A stretch of 64,000 bases of DNA from Octopus sinensis (lineage: Eukaryota). Below the pieces are notes generated by a model. It was not told the origin of the DNA and did not search any database. It saw only the letters and a program-made list of their open reading frames with translations. The DNA lies in NCBI RefSeq assembly GCF_006345805.1, contig NC_043006.1:44640001-44704000 (forward strand), read 5' to 3'. Within the stretch, counting starts at the first letter, position 1; each line of letters starts with the position of its first letter. The position numbers and the translations under genes are program-made. This document shows, piece by piece, positions 36,532 through 48,539 of this stretch.

Positions 36532-39451
36532 CAGGACAAAGATCCCGTTCCTGAGAGACTTTGTTGCATGCAATCAAGCCTTATGCATAGCACTTACAGA
36601 AACGCACCTGAAACCGGACATAGCAGATGCGGAGTTACACATACCACAGTATGCTGTACTACGGACCGACAGGAAAGAAAGGAGTCATGGAGGTGTTGCT
36701 ATGCACATCCGTGAGGACCTCACACCCCAGGTCCTCTTGTCATACTCAAACTCGGTGTGTGACACACTAATTGTACATATTAGGCAACTTGATGTAGTTG
36801 TGTGTGTCTACATATCGCCCTCCAGATGCCCCAAGCCATGTGGGCAAGTTTGAAGACTGCCTTATAAAAATAGAAGAAATTCTAACCACATTAGAAAACA
36901 ACAATAGGTGTGCTTCTTATGGGAGACTTCAATCTGCCCATGTCAGATGGCCCGAGGGCCTTTCTCTCCCAGGAATGACAAGATGTGAACGAGGACAGGC
37001 GAGGTCCCTCCTGAACCTCATCAACACCCTGTACATGGAGCAGGTAATACTCCAACCAACCAGGGCAGGAAACACACTGGATCTCTGCTTCACAAATGAC
37101 ATGGATCTCATCCATAATGTGAAAGTGACACCGACACTACTCTCGGATCACAACATGATAGAGCTGACCATGTACGGGCCAAAAGAGAGCACGGACATGC
37201 AGCCTACAAGAAACCCTCAAAATCTTTCCAGCTTGAACTACCATAAGGCAAACTGGAACAAATTGAGAAAGAGATCCTCAAACAAAACTGGCCTAAATGT
37301 CTCTCCTCGCCAGACATCGACGTGAAACTTCAACAATTCATGTCTGTAATGCAAGCCATATGCTACAAATGTGTCCCAGAGAGAAAGGCCACTGTACACA
37401 AGAACAAAATCCCCAGAGAGAGGAAAATTTTAATGAGACGGCGTACAAAATTTTCAAATCGCCTAAACAAACAGATTGAAAGCAGTGAAAAGTCCCGCCT
37501 AAAAATAAAACTGTTGGAAATCGAAAAATGTCTGCAACTCTCCCATGAAAAAAGAAGAGAGCAGACAGAGAAGCCTGGGCTATAGAAAACATAAAATCTA
37601 ACCCCAGAGCTTTCTACAGGTATGCCAAAGAAACAGCTACAGTGCACTGTAGAATAGGGCCACTCCTCGAAAAGGATGGCACACTTACAGGAAAACCAAT
37701 GAGGGTAAGTGAAATACTGAATGAGCAATTCAAGAGTGTTTTCACTCCACCCCTTGGGCATCTCCAAATCACCAATCCAACTGACTTTTTTAACACTGCA
37801 GATATAAAATCAGAGGCGGCGACGATAGATTACATCGATATAAAGGAAGATGTAACCAAGGCTATAGATGAAATGAAAACAGACTCAGCTACTGGCCCCG
37901 ATGGATTCCCGGCAATCCTCCTAAAAGCATGTAAGAGAGTCCTAGCAAGACCACTGCAGTTCCTCTTTCAGAGCTTCCTTGCAGCTGGCAAACTTCCAGG
38001 AAAACTGAAGGAAGGTAAAATATGCCCCATTCATAAAGGAGGTAGCAGAGCGGAAGCCAAGAACTATAGACCTATCTCTCTGACCTCACACATCAGCAAG
38101 GTCATGGAACGAATAGTCAGAAGGAAGCTGATCACCTTCCTTGAAGAGAATGACTTGCTGCCCGACACCCAACATGGTTTCCGACCAGGGAGAAGCTGTT
38201 TAACTCAGCTCCTACAACACTATGACTGGGTGCTGAAACGGCTGCTCAACCACTCAAATGTGGAAGTGATATATCTCGACTTTGCAAAGGCCTTTGATAA
38301 AGTCGATCATGGAATGATATGTCACAAACTGCGTGATCTCAACATAGTTGGAAAAACTGGGAGAATGGCTTCATGACTTTCTGAAGGATAGAAGTCAGGT
38401 GGTAGTAGCCAATGGGGCCACCTCCATTAACACACAAATAGTGAGCGGTGTTCCGCAGGGCACTGTTCTGGGACCACTACTGTTCATAATGGCCCTCTCA
38501 GACATGCCCTCAGCCACGCAGAGAGCCACGATCACAAGTTATGCAGATGATACAAAAGTTTCACAGGCAATACAGAACCCTGAGGACACTAAACACCTGC
38601 AATGTGAGCTGGACGAAATATACAAGTGGGCTGAAAAGAATAGCATGCAGTTCAATGCTGGAAAGTTTCAAGCTTTATACTATCAGCATGCAAAACTGAA
38701 TGCAATACCCAATGAATACACTGGACCCGGAGGGATTGCAATCCCAGAGGCACAATCAGTGCGTGACCTGGGTATTCACATGAGTGATGACGCGACCTTT
38801 CATGTACATGTTGCTAAACTGACACTGAAATGTAGACGGCTGGCTGGATGGATTCTTAGAACCTTTAGAACAAGAGAACAAGAAACCATGATGGTCCTCT
38901 GGAAGACACTTGTCCTAAGCCACTTTGACTATTGCTCTCAGCTATGGTCACCATCCAGTGTCAAGTTGATCACAGAACTTGAGGCGATCCAACGAAGCTA
39001 CACAAAGAAGATAGCCTCTATGCAGAATGTAAGCTACTGGGAAAGACTCAAGAGATTAAAATTATATTCCCTGGAGCGTAGGCGGGAAAGATATGCCATA
39101 ATATACATCTGGAAGATCCTGGAGGGAAGTGTCCTGAACTTTGGCATCGAGAGTTACGCAAATGCCAGAACTGGGCGCCACTGCGTGGTGCCTAGGACTC
39201 CAAACCTGCCATCAAGATGTAGGACAAGATTCTGTGATAGCCTGGGCTTCCGAGGCCCACAGCTCTTCAATATCCTCCCGAAGAACCTGAAAGACCTGCA
39301 TGGGGTGGATACAGATGTCTTTAAAATGAAGCTGGATCTCTTCCTGTCAGGTGTCCCAGATGAACCAACTTCACGGCAGGAGGGGCAGATGAGGGCAGCT
39401 GCATCGAACTCTCTCATGCACCAAATAGCAGTTGCTAGAAAGCCTCCATGA
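36482..39451 (+). pseudogene. LINE ORF2 (APE endonuclease + reverse transcriptase), about 6 frameshifts
   Basis: APE motifs LNIRGL, ALTETHL, YRPP, LMGDFNLP, TLDLCFTN, SDHN; RT motifs NYRPISLTS, QHGFRPGRSC, YLDFAKAFDKV, GVPQGTVLGP, YADD; C-terminal LYSLERRRERY...FKMKLDLFL. Confidence 0.93.
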
Positions 39452-39587
39452 AGTGAAACCAAGTAGCAACACCAAATGGCGGTGCCCCAGCATGGCCACA
39501 GCTCATAAGCTGAAACTAGAATCAATCAATCAATCAATCAATCATGTATATATAGATATATATATATATACAGACATACATACACTC

Positions 39588-39620
<33 letters not shown>

Positions 39621-39683
39621 ATATATATATATACACACAGATATATACATATATATATATTATAATATATACACAATACACAT

Positions 39684-39715
<32 letters not shown>

Positions 39716-39790
39716 CACCACACATACACACACTATATATAACACACATATGCACATACATGTACACATTCATTTATATATATATATTAT

Positions 39791-39832
<42 letters not shown>

Positions 39833-40063
39833 ATAAACCCCCTTATGGTGCCATATAAAAAGCACCCATGCTGGTGCCATGTAAAAAGCACCCAGTACAT
39901 TCTAAAAAGTGATTGGCATTAGGAAGGACATCTAGCCATAGAAACCATACCAAAACAGACGACTGGAACCTGGTGTAGCTTTGCAGCTTGCCAGCTCTTG
40001 TCAAACAGCCCAAATTGTGCCAGCATGGGAAAAATAGATGTTAAATGATGACACACACACACA

Positions 40064-40095
<32 letters not shown>

Positions 40096-40596
40096 AATAT
40101 ACACTCCTTCTTGAGCTACTACAGTCTCTCTCACCTTACTCCCTCTCCACACTGATATTTCTTTCCACCTACACCTCCACTCTTTCACATCATTCAGTAC
40201 ACACCCCTCCATCCCCACCTCTAACCATCTGTTCCTCTCCCCTCACATTCTTATGAAACTACCCACTTTCACCTTTCTCCCATCTGATCCATTGACTGCA
40301 CCAAGCACCAGCTGACACTGGTGCTTGATGCAGCCCTGTGGCTTGCTGGGTTCTCTCAAACTGTCCAACCCATGCCAGCATTTATTTAGTAATTTTGTTG
40401 CCTCTTTAATTCTTCTGGTCAATTTGGTTGATGTTTCATATTCGGAGTTCTCCGAGAGTATAATTATACCAGGAATAGCTGAGTATATTTTGGCTTATCA
40501 TGATGTTTGGTGGTGATGGTAGTGATGATGATGATGATGATGAAAGAAATTTTATGGTAACAAGGCAGTAAAACCATTTACTATACTTTCTTTCAG

Positions 40597-40843
40597 AGAA
40601 ATGGATAAACAGAAAAACATATTAATTGATACCTTTGTAAAACTTGGCTGTGCCCAGGCAGATACCCACTTAGAAGCTATGAAACCTCTGAATGCTGTAA
40701 CCAGTGGTGACGACGAGCAAGTGACTGGTGTTGAAGACGATGAAGATAATGATTGCGAACATGTCATACCAAAAGTACCAATTCAAGAAATCGATTCAAT
40801 ATTTGAAGAACTTATAAAATGGGTCGATCCTTTTGATTCAAAA
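40597..40843 (+). CDS. TPP2: TPP2 window exon 15
   Basis: ctttcag|A...AAA|gtaagg; EMDKQKNILIDTFVKLGCAQAD...acidic loop...ELIKWVDPFDSK. Confidence 0.95.
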
Positions 40844-40886
40844 GTAAGGCCAGCCTTTGGAACTTTTTTTTTTAATTCAAATTTAA

Positions 40887-41088
40887 ACCCTTTAGCATTC
40901 AGATTTCTCTGTCAAATGTAATGTTATATATATGCATTGTCCTGTAACTTCAAGATTTTTGATGTTGTAGTAGTTTAGTTTTAAAATGACATTGTAGGGT
41001 AGGTGTGATAGGCTGGATCTGGTCAGTTTGAACATAAAACAGGTAAAATATTTCGGTTGGATATGGTCAGTTTAAATACTAAAGGATT
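40887..41088. mobile_element. piggyBac-type MITE (CCCTTTAGCATT family)
   Basis: ttaa-accctttagcattc ... aaatactaaagga; third copy at ~49778-49980. Confidence 0.7.
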
Positions 41089-41679
41089 TATATATATATA
41101 TATATATAAAACAATGTTGTGGCCATTTACACAACACTGCAATGGCCACGACTATGATTTCACTTGGCTGAGACCTTTGATGATATGCTCTGCTTGAGAA
41201 GACTCATCAAGCCAAGTGAAATCATAGCTGTGGCTGATACTAGTGTCATGTAAACGGTAACTGTGCTGGTGCCCACCACACTCTTGGAGAAGTTGGCCTT
41301 AGGAAAGGCATCCAGCTGTAGAAATTATGCCAAATCAGACTGTAACTTGGTGCAGCTCTCCAGCTTCCCCGTTTCAGTTAAACCGTCTGACCCATGCCAG
41401 CATGAAAAGTAGATGTTAAATGGTGATGATGATGACTGTATAATTCTCTGCAGATTAAAACTTTCTCTCTTTTTTATTATCCTTTCTACTCTAGGCACAA
41501 GGCCTGAAATTTTGGGGAGGGGGATAGTCGATTACATTGACCCCCAGTACTCAACTAGTACTTAATTTATCGATCCTGAAAGGATGAAAGGCAATGAGAA
41601 ACAACATTGGTGAGGTGGCAGAGTTGTTAGCACACTGGGCAAAATGGTTAACAGCATTTCATCTGTATTACTATTTTGA

Positions 41680-41962
41680 TTACTAATTTATTCTGGTGAA
41701 CCCCCATAGCAGTGTTTAAAAACTAGTTTTATAGAAACTCCTTCCAAAATTATCTTGTGTAAGTTGAACTATGTGAAATGTTAGGGAAAGAAACCCAGCT
41801 GTTCCTTGCAATACATACCAGCACATACATCTGAAGCAAAATTTTTTCAGGGGTCTTTAAAATACTATTGTGGATTCCCAGTTTACTATTTTGTTGCATG
41901 GACCTTAAAAAAATCTTACATGGACCCTCAGGGGCCTTATGGACTGCAGTTGAGAACCAATG
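41680..41962. mobile_element. hAT MITE, same family, one end lost
   Basis: Inverted homology to 27054-27382; ends gttgagaaccaatg. Confidence 0.7.
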
Positions 41963-42682
41963 ATTTAATGCCTACTTTTCAATGCTTGCATAAATCACAT
42001 GGAATTTGTTGAGGCAAATTTTTTATGGCTCGGCACCCTTCCTGTTGCCAACCCTCACCTGTTTCCAGAGCTTGACATCTTTTTCATAGAAGACTGGAAA
42101 CAAAACAGCCTAGTCTGTGTGATGATGATGCTTATTTACAATCATCACGTGATGTCTAGACAAGAGTACACACACACACACACAACAGTTTCCATTTATC
42201 AATCCATTCACAAGCTTTTGGTTGACCTAGGGCTATAGTAGAAGACAATTACCCAAGGCACTGTGCTATGGGACTGAACTCAAGATCACATGATTGGGAA
42301 GCAAGCTTCTTAACCACACAGCCATGCCTGTGCCCACACATGTGTGGGGTTTTCGTTTTGGTGTGCAACTTAAAATTTTTCAAGAAATACAACTACAGAT
42401 ATTTATTATTGGAATGAAACACCATTGCAATGGTTAATATTTTGCAACAATGTAACAAATTTTGTCAGCCTTCACCCTGCAAATTTAAAGATCTAGTGGC
42501 ATTTCTTATCTGTTTAATTGTATGTATGATTGTGAGAACTTCTTGAGCTCATGGAATGTGAAGTAAAATAGAATATACTAGAATACAGCTTGCCCTTATG
42601 ATCACAATAAAATCTGATAGATTGTCAACCAGCCGATTTACAGCCATCTAGGTGTTCACACAAAGTTGTTCTACTGGACTAA

Positions 42683-42736
<54 letters not shown>

Positions 42737-43229
42737 ACCATCAACTAGCTCTACGTGCTTGATTTTAAAAAAGGGAAAAGCTTATGTTGACCTAAAGAAA
42801 GACAGTATTTCAATGAGTTTAATACAAATCTGTAATGGTTGCCTTCAGAATAATAAAGAAACTAACTGTGCTGTTTCTTTTTCTCTCTCTCTCTCTCCCT
42901 TGCTTTCCCACTGGTTGACTGAACTGAAAGTTGGAGTGTGTAATAAAATGATTGAAAATTAAACAGACAGTCAAGCACACGCATTTATTGGTGACCTGAA
43001 AACTCCAACCAATACAGTTGCCAGATGTTTGTTAATTTGCATTGCCAAGTTCAAACCCTGTAATGGATCCATTAGGCTAACCAGCTCTAGCTACATTACA
43101 TATACACAATCTTCATATGACATTGCCATAAACTAGTTAGTTATGAAACTCTCACCATTTATATATAGTTAGTGCAGTAGAAATACCTTGGAAGACCCTC
43201 CACTGGGACATTTTAGAAGTCAATGGTGT

Positions 43230-43400
43230 GTATAGGTGAGGGTGTGGCTCTGTGGTAAGAAGTTTGCCTTCCAACCACATGGTTCTGGGTTCTGTCCCAC
43301 TGTGTGACAACTTAGGCAAGTGCTTTCTACTGTAGGTTCAAACTGACCAAAGCTTTGAGTGGATTTGGTAGATGGAAATTGAAAGAAGGCCATCATGTGT
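43230..43400 (+). mobile_element. Family A SINE head, sense orientation
   Basis: gtggctctgtggtaagaagtttgcc...ggttctgtcccactg...ttaggcaagtg. Confidence 0.75.
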
Positions 43401-44003
43401 GTGTCCGTGCGTTGCCTTGACATCACACTTGATGGCTGTAAATAAGTGTCACCATCAAACAAGCAAATTCTTTTATTTCCACTATCTGATTGCATTACCA
43501 TGTTGGGGAACAGGTGAGAGATGGTAACAGGAAGGGGATCTGGCCATAGAAAATCTGCCTCCAACAAATTTTATCTCACCCTTGCAAGCATTGGAAAAGT
43601 AGATGTTAAAACAATGATGAATGTAGCAGAGCAGAGTCCATTGTTGGAAGGAGTAAATAAGACAGGTGATAAATCTTCTTACTGGATATGAGGGTAAACT
43701 GCCCCTCGTTATGTAATTCTAGTTAGTACCCATTGCTGATAGATAACCTGAAATCACAAACCTATACAGAGGTAGTTTAATTGTTACTGAAGTGTAATAT
43801 TTTTGTAGTTTTAAGCATGGCACCAGCACAGGTGTTTTATACATGGCACCAGCACCGGTGTTTTTTTCTAAGCATTTTTTTCTAATGAATAATGACCTAC
43901 TTTCTTTAAGATTTATATCCTAGTCAGGTGATTTGTGTTCAGTTCTGCACATTAAAAAAATATTTGTTAGTTATACAATTTTACACTTTTTGTGTTGTTT
44001 ATT

Positions 44004-44695
44004 TTATGTGCCAGTGCCACATAAAAAGCACCTGTGCTGGTGCCATGTATAAAACACCTGTGCTGGTGTCAAGTATAAAACACCTGTGCTGGTGTCAAGT
44101 ATAAAACACTGGTGCTGGTGCCATGGATAAAACACTAGTGCCATGTATAAAACACCTGTGCTGGTGTCAAGTATAAAACACTGGTGCTGGTGCCATGGAT
44201 AAAACACTAGTGCCATGTATAAAACACCTGTGCTGGTGCCGTATATAAAACACCTGTGCTGGTGCCATGTATAAAACACCGGTGCTGGTGCCATGTATAA
44301 AACACCGGTGCTGGTGCCATGTATAAAACACCTGTGCTGGTGCCATGTATAAAACACCGGTGCTGGTGCCATGTATAAAACACCGGTGCTGGTGCCATGT
44401 ATAAAACACCGGTGCTGGTGCCATGTATAAAACACCGGTGCTGGTGCCATGTATAAAACACCAGTGCTGGTGCCATGCATAAAGTGCTGGTGCCACATAT
44501 AAAGCATGGATGCTGGTGCCATGTAAAATAAGCACCCAGTACATTCTGTAAAGTGGTTGGCATTAGGAAGGGCACCCAACCATAGAAACCATTCCAAGCA
44601 GACAGTTGGGGCCTAGTGCAGCTCTCTGACTTGCCAGCTCCTGTCAGACCATCTAACCCACACCAGCAAGGAAAGCAGATGCTGAATGAATGAAT
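44004..44695 (+). mobile_element. Family B element whose 5' part is a 26-bp minisatellite
   Basis: About 19-20 units of GTATAAAACACC(T/G)GTGCTGGTGCCAT, followed by the family B core. Confidence 0.8.
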
Positions 44696-46550
44696 GATGG
44701 TTTATAGTCAAGTGACATGGAATTTAAGTGTTTCTTTATTTATTTATTGCTAAAGATACATGTCTTAAGTTTAGTTGTGGGTACAAATTGCTGATCTTAT
44801 GGTCAAGAAGTTCTCCTGATGATATGGTCTTGTGTGACTCTTCAGTTCAAATACATATTTCTGAAAGCAGAACAATATCACAAGTTGTTGAGAGGGTATA
44901 TCATTATCATGATCATCATCATGATCTAGCATCCACTTTACCATTCATGCGTGAATCAGACAGAATTTTGTTGAGGCAGATTTTCTATGGCCGGACGCTC
45001 TTGTTGCCAGCTCTCACCTATTTCAAAGCCAAGTAATACTTCCCATGGCCAGACATGTTTTGCATGGAAGATTGGAAGCAAACAACCTCACTTGTATGCT
45101 GGTTACTCTTGTTTAATGTCTCCACATGATGTCAAGACCCCCTCCCCCCACACACCTTGAAGTGTCTTCTCAGAATAATTCAACTCCAATACTTGTTTCT
45201 TGTAAAGTCTAGTACTTATTTTGCTGGTCTCTTTTGCTGGACCACCAAGAAAGATGTAAACAAACCAACACTGGTTTGTTGTTGCTGGTGTGGGATTGTC
45301 AAACACAGATACAAAAAACACACATCCACACACATGTATATATAAATTTTCTCTTGCTCTCTCTCTTTCTCTCTCTTTGGCCAAGTAACCATGTACCTCC
45401 TCCACAGCATGACACTTGTTTCTATTGCTCTGTCACACTCTAACCTTTCATCGTCAGACACAAGATCACCTCTTCCAATTCCCCCTCCCCTCTCAAAGGT
45501 TCTTTGTCTTACAAGTTACTTGGTGACCCTGTCAGTGCTGGTGCCATGTAAAAAGCATCCCGTCCACACTGTAAAGGGGTTGGCATTTGATAGGGCATCC
45601 AGCAGTAAAAAACATACCAAAACTGACCTCACTTGTGCTGGTGCCATATTAAAAGCACTCAGCTCACTCTGAGGGCTGGTTGTTGTTAGGAAGGGCATCC
45701 CACTGTAAAAACTGTGTCTAAACAGACATGAAAGTCTGGTGCAATCTTCTGTTTGGCCAGCTCTTGTCAAACTGTCCCACCCATGCCAGCAGGGAAAGTG
45801 GATGTTAAATGATGATGATATATATGTACACATATATACATATACACACATACACATTCATACACATTCATATAGTGGTCATCCACATATATGTGCATGT
45901 CCTTGTTTGGCCATACCTCTCCCCATTTCCTTATCCTTCGTTCCTACTGGGGCAGCCAATTATCTCCTCTATTGTAAGATGACTAATTGGCCACCCCCTA
46001 TCATACTCTCACCTCTCACTTGACACACAGCCACTTCCCTTGGTTCTGCTCTTTCTCTCACAACTAAGAGGGATAGTTAGTTACCAACCCTACAAGTGCC
46101 GGTGCCATGTAAAAGCACCTGTGTCATGCCTTGCAAAAGAGCACCTGTGTTGGGGCCTTATTAGAAAAGCACCTGCACTGATGCCAAGTATAAAGCACCT
46201 GTGCTGATGCAATGAAAAAGTAACCAGTACACTCTGTAAAGTGTTTGGTGTTAGGAAGGGCATCCAGCTGTAGAAAACAAGCCAAAACAGCTTGCCCACT
46301 TCAGTCAAACTGTCCAACTGTAAAAACAATTTGTAAAATAATTCTGGAGACAATCTACTCATCATTTACGCACCCCTAAAGTTCATTTTTATTTTTGTAA
46401 CAAAGCAAAATAACATTTTCTTCATATCCTTAATTTTTTTTCTATGCTATTGTTCCTTCTATTTGTTTTATTGCTAAATTTCCTCTGTAATAACTGGAAA
46501 ATTTCAACTACTATTTTCTCTAATTTACCCTATTATATTCCATTGTGCAG

Positions 46551-46670
46551 GTGATTGAATTTAGTGTGCGTCATGCAATGATGCACAAGCTGTATGGAAG
46601 GTCACTTCGTTTTCTGCTCAAGCAAAATGAGGAAAAGCCAAGCAAACAGCAGGAAAAACGTTGTATTGAA
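46551..46670 (+). CDS. TPP2: TPP2 window exon 16
   Basis: tgtgcag|GTG...GAA|gtgagt; VIEFSVRHAMMHKLYGRSLRFLLKQNEEKPSKQQEKRCIE. Confidence 0.94.
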
Positions 46671-47125
46671 GTGAGTCATAAATGAGTTGTTTATTTGGTT
46701 TCTTTTTTTTTTTTTTGCTTTTCAATTTTATTTTAGCATTTGTTATAAACTTTGACTTTATTTGAGTTCAGACTTGTTTACTTAAACTACACAAAAAGAT
46801 AAACCTGGGGTAAAATTAACTTTAATATAATTTGATATTATTATTGATGGTTGATGTTGTACATTCCTCAGCCTAGGTCCTCCAATTTCCAGTTTAGTTA
46901 TTTCATATAATTATATTTATTTTTTTACCTTTTATATGTCTATGTCTGTTTAAGAAATCTAGGTTCATTGAATGGATATAGTTTTCACAAGCAACAATGC
47001 TTTGATCATCTTTTGTGTTCCAATTTTAATCATTTATGATGTATAATTTTAGCATATAATAGTTTAAGTGAATTTTTTTCTCACACTTTTTATGTTACAT
47101 AGCCAGCTGTAATTAGTTCAGATGA

Positions 47126-47131
47126 ATTTGA

Positions 47132-47196
<65 letters not shown>

Positions 47197-47200
47197 TCTC

Positions 47201-47262
<62 letters not shown>
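47126..47262. repeat. (CT)n tract
   Basis: Direct reading. Confidence 0.97.
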
Positions 47263-47789
47263 CAAACAAAGAAAAAACTATAGACAAGACAGACATGATA
47301 ATGACTGTGAAATGAAAATAATCTTACTGTACTCATTAAATTTTTGCTGATGATGTAACATGCTAATCATATGCAAATGAGTTGTTGCAACTCCTTTCTA
47401 TTGGCCTGTAAACTAAAATGTGCATATTACATCATATGAAATGTGGAGAGTTCTGCAAAAATACCCTACTATCAAAAACAAATCAACTTGGTTTCCATAT
47501 CTCAAGTGCACATGCACAGAACTGAGTATATTTATCTCCTTGCATATTAAGAGTTAATGAGGGAGCAATGTATGTAAATAAGTGGAATGGTTGTGAATAT
47601 CCTTTAGTCTTCAGGATCCACAGAAAAATTAGGTAGGGATAAGGCAAAAATGTATTTTTCTTGGCAATGCTTTTTAGTGGCAAAAACACATCACCAGTCA
47701 GTATGGAAAAGAAAACCTGCAAAAGTTATTCAAAGCAGTGTAAATGACATATGCCGTTGCCTGTATCATTTACCAAGTAAACTTAGGTA

Positions 47790-48277
47790 CAGTGATCCCT
47801 CGTTTATCGCGGTAGATTGGTTCTGAGACCGGCCGCGATAACTGAATTTCCGTGATGTAGGGACACCATAATTACAGTATTTATTTGGACTTTTAAAACT
47901 CTCCCTGTGCTGTTAACAACCCATCCATTACAGTAGTCTATTAATGACAAGGACAACTGTTAAGCAATAACACTTTAAGATTTTAAAAAAATAAAGATTG
48001 TTACTGTTACACAGGCCAGATTACAAAACAGAAAGCTGTGATTCGTCGTCTCTCTCCATTGCACCAATCACAGCCCGTCTTAAGGTCAAATACCCCTGTA
48101 TATGCTTTTTTGCTATTTTACACTTGTTTTGTTGTTCCTAGGCTAGAAAATAATATTTATTGTTAATATTTTAATGGATTTAATGAAAAATTTTAGGCGT
48201 TCATATATATATATTTTTAAAATCCGCGAAGTCGTGAATCCGCGATAGTTGAACAATGAAGTAGCGAGGGATCACTG
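47790..48277. mobile_element. pogo/Tigger-type MITE
   Basis: TA|CAGTGATCCCTCG ... CGAGGGATCACTG|TA; CpG-rich ends. Confidence 0.88.
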
Positions 48278-48539
48278 TATGGATTAATTTTAGCCATGCC
48301 GTGATTTTTGCGTGATTCTTGTTTTGAAAACTATTGCACGCTTCATCTAACTGCCAAATCTTATCCTGTAAAATTTCGTCATTGTGCATCGAGGCATGGA
48401 GCATCTCCCAAAACTCAAGTCTGTGATCAGCATCCCCATCGTGCAGAGCATGGGACAGGCAAGGAATGTTGGGTTTTAATTCCTTTTACGCAACAAGTTA
48501 TGCACGCTCTGGTGACATTATGCCGGTGGGACATAAAAA

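Larger units (their letters stand above)
35336..39545 (+). mobile_element. Near full-length two-ORF CR1-group (Jockey superfamily) LINE
   Basis: 5' tandem repeats, ORF1, APE+RT ORF2, short 3' UTR ending in (AATC)n; GC-rich island in AT-rich DNA, flanked by (TA)-rich arrays. Confidence 0.92.

Noticed and set aside
40680-40770. Acidic insertion in TPP2 exon 15 as a novel domain
   Set aside because: It corresponds to the variable acidic loop also present in human TPP2 at this position.
44004-44530. CRISPR-like regular repeat array
   Set aside because: Head-to-tail tandem units with no unique spacers, eukaryotic context and no cas genes.
44004-44597. 197-aa repetitive ORF (HQHRCFIHGTSTGVLYMAPAPVFYTW)n
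   Set aside because: It arises because a 26-bp unit lacks stops on that strand; all three frames give the same peptide, and it is intronic with no splice signals.
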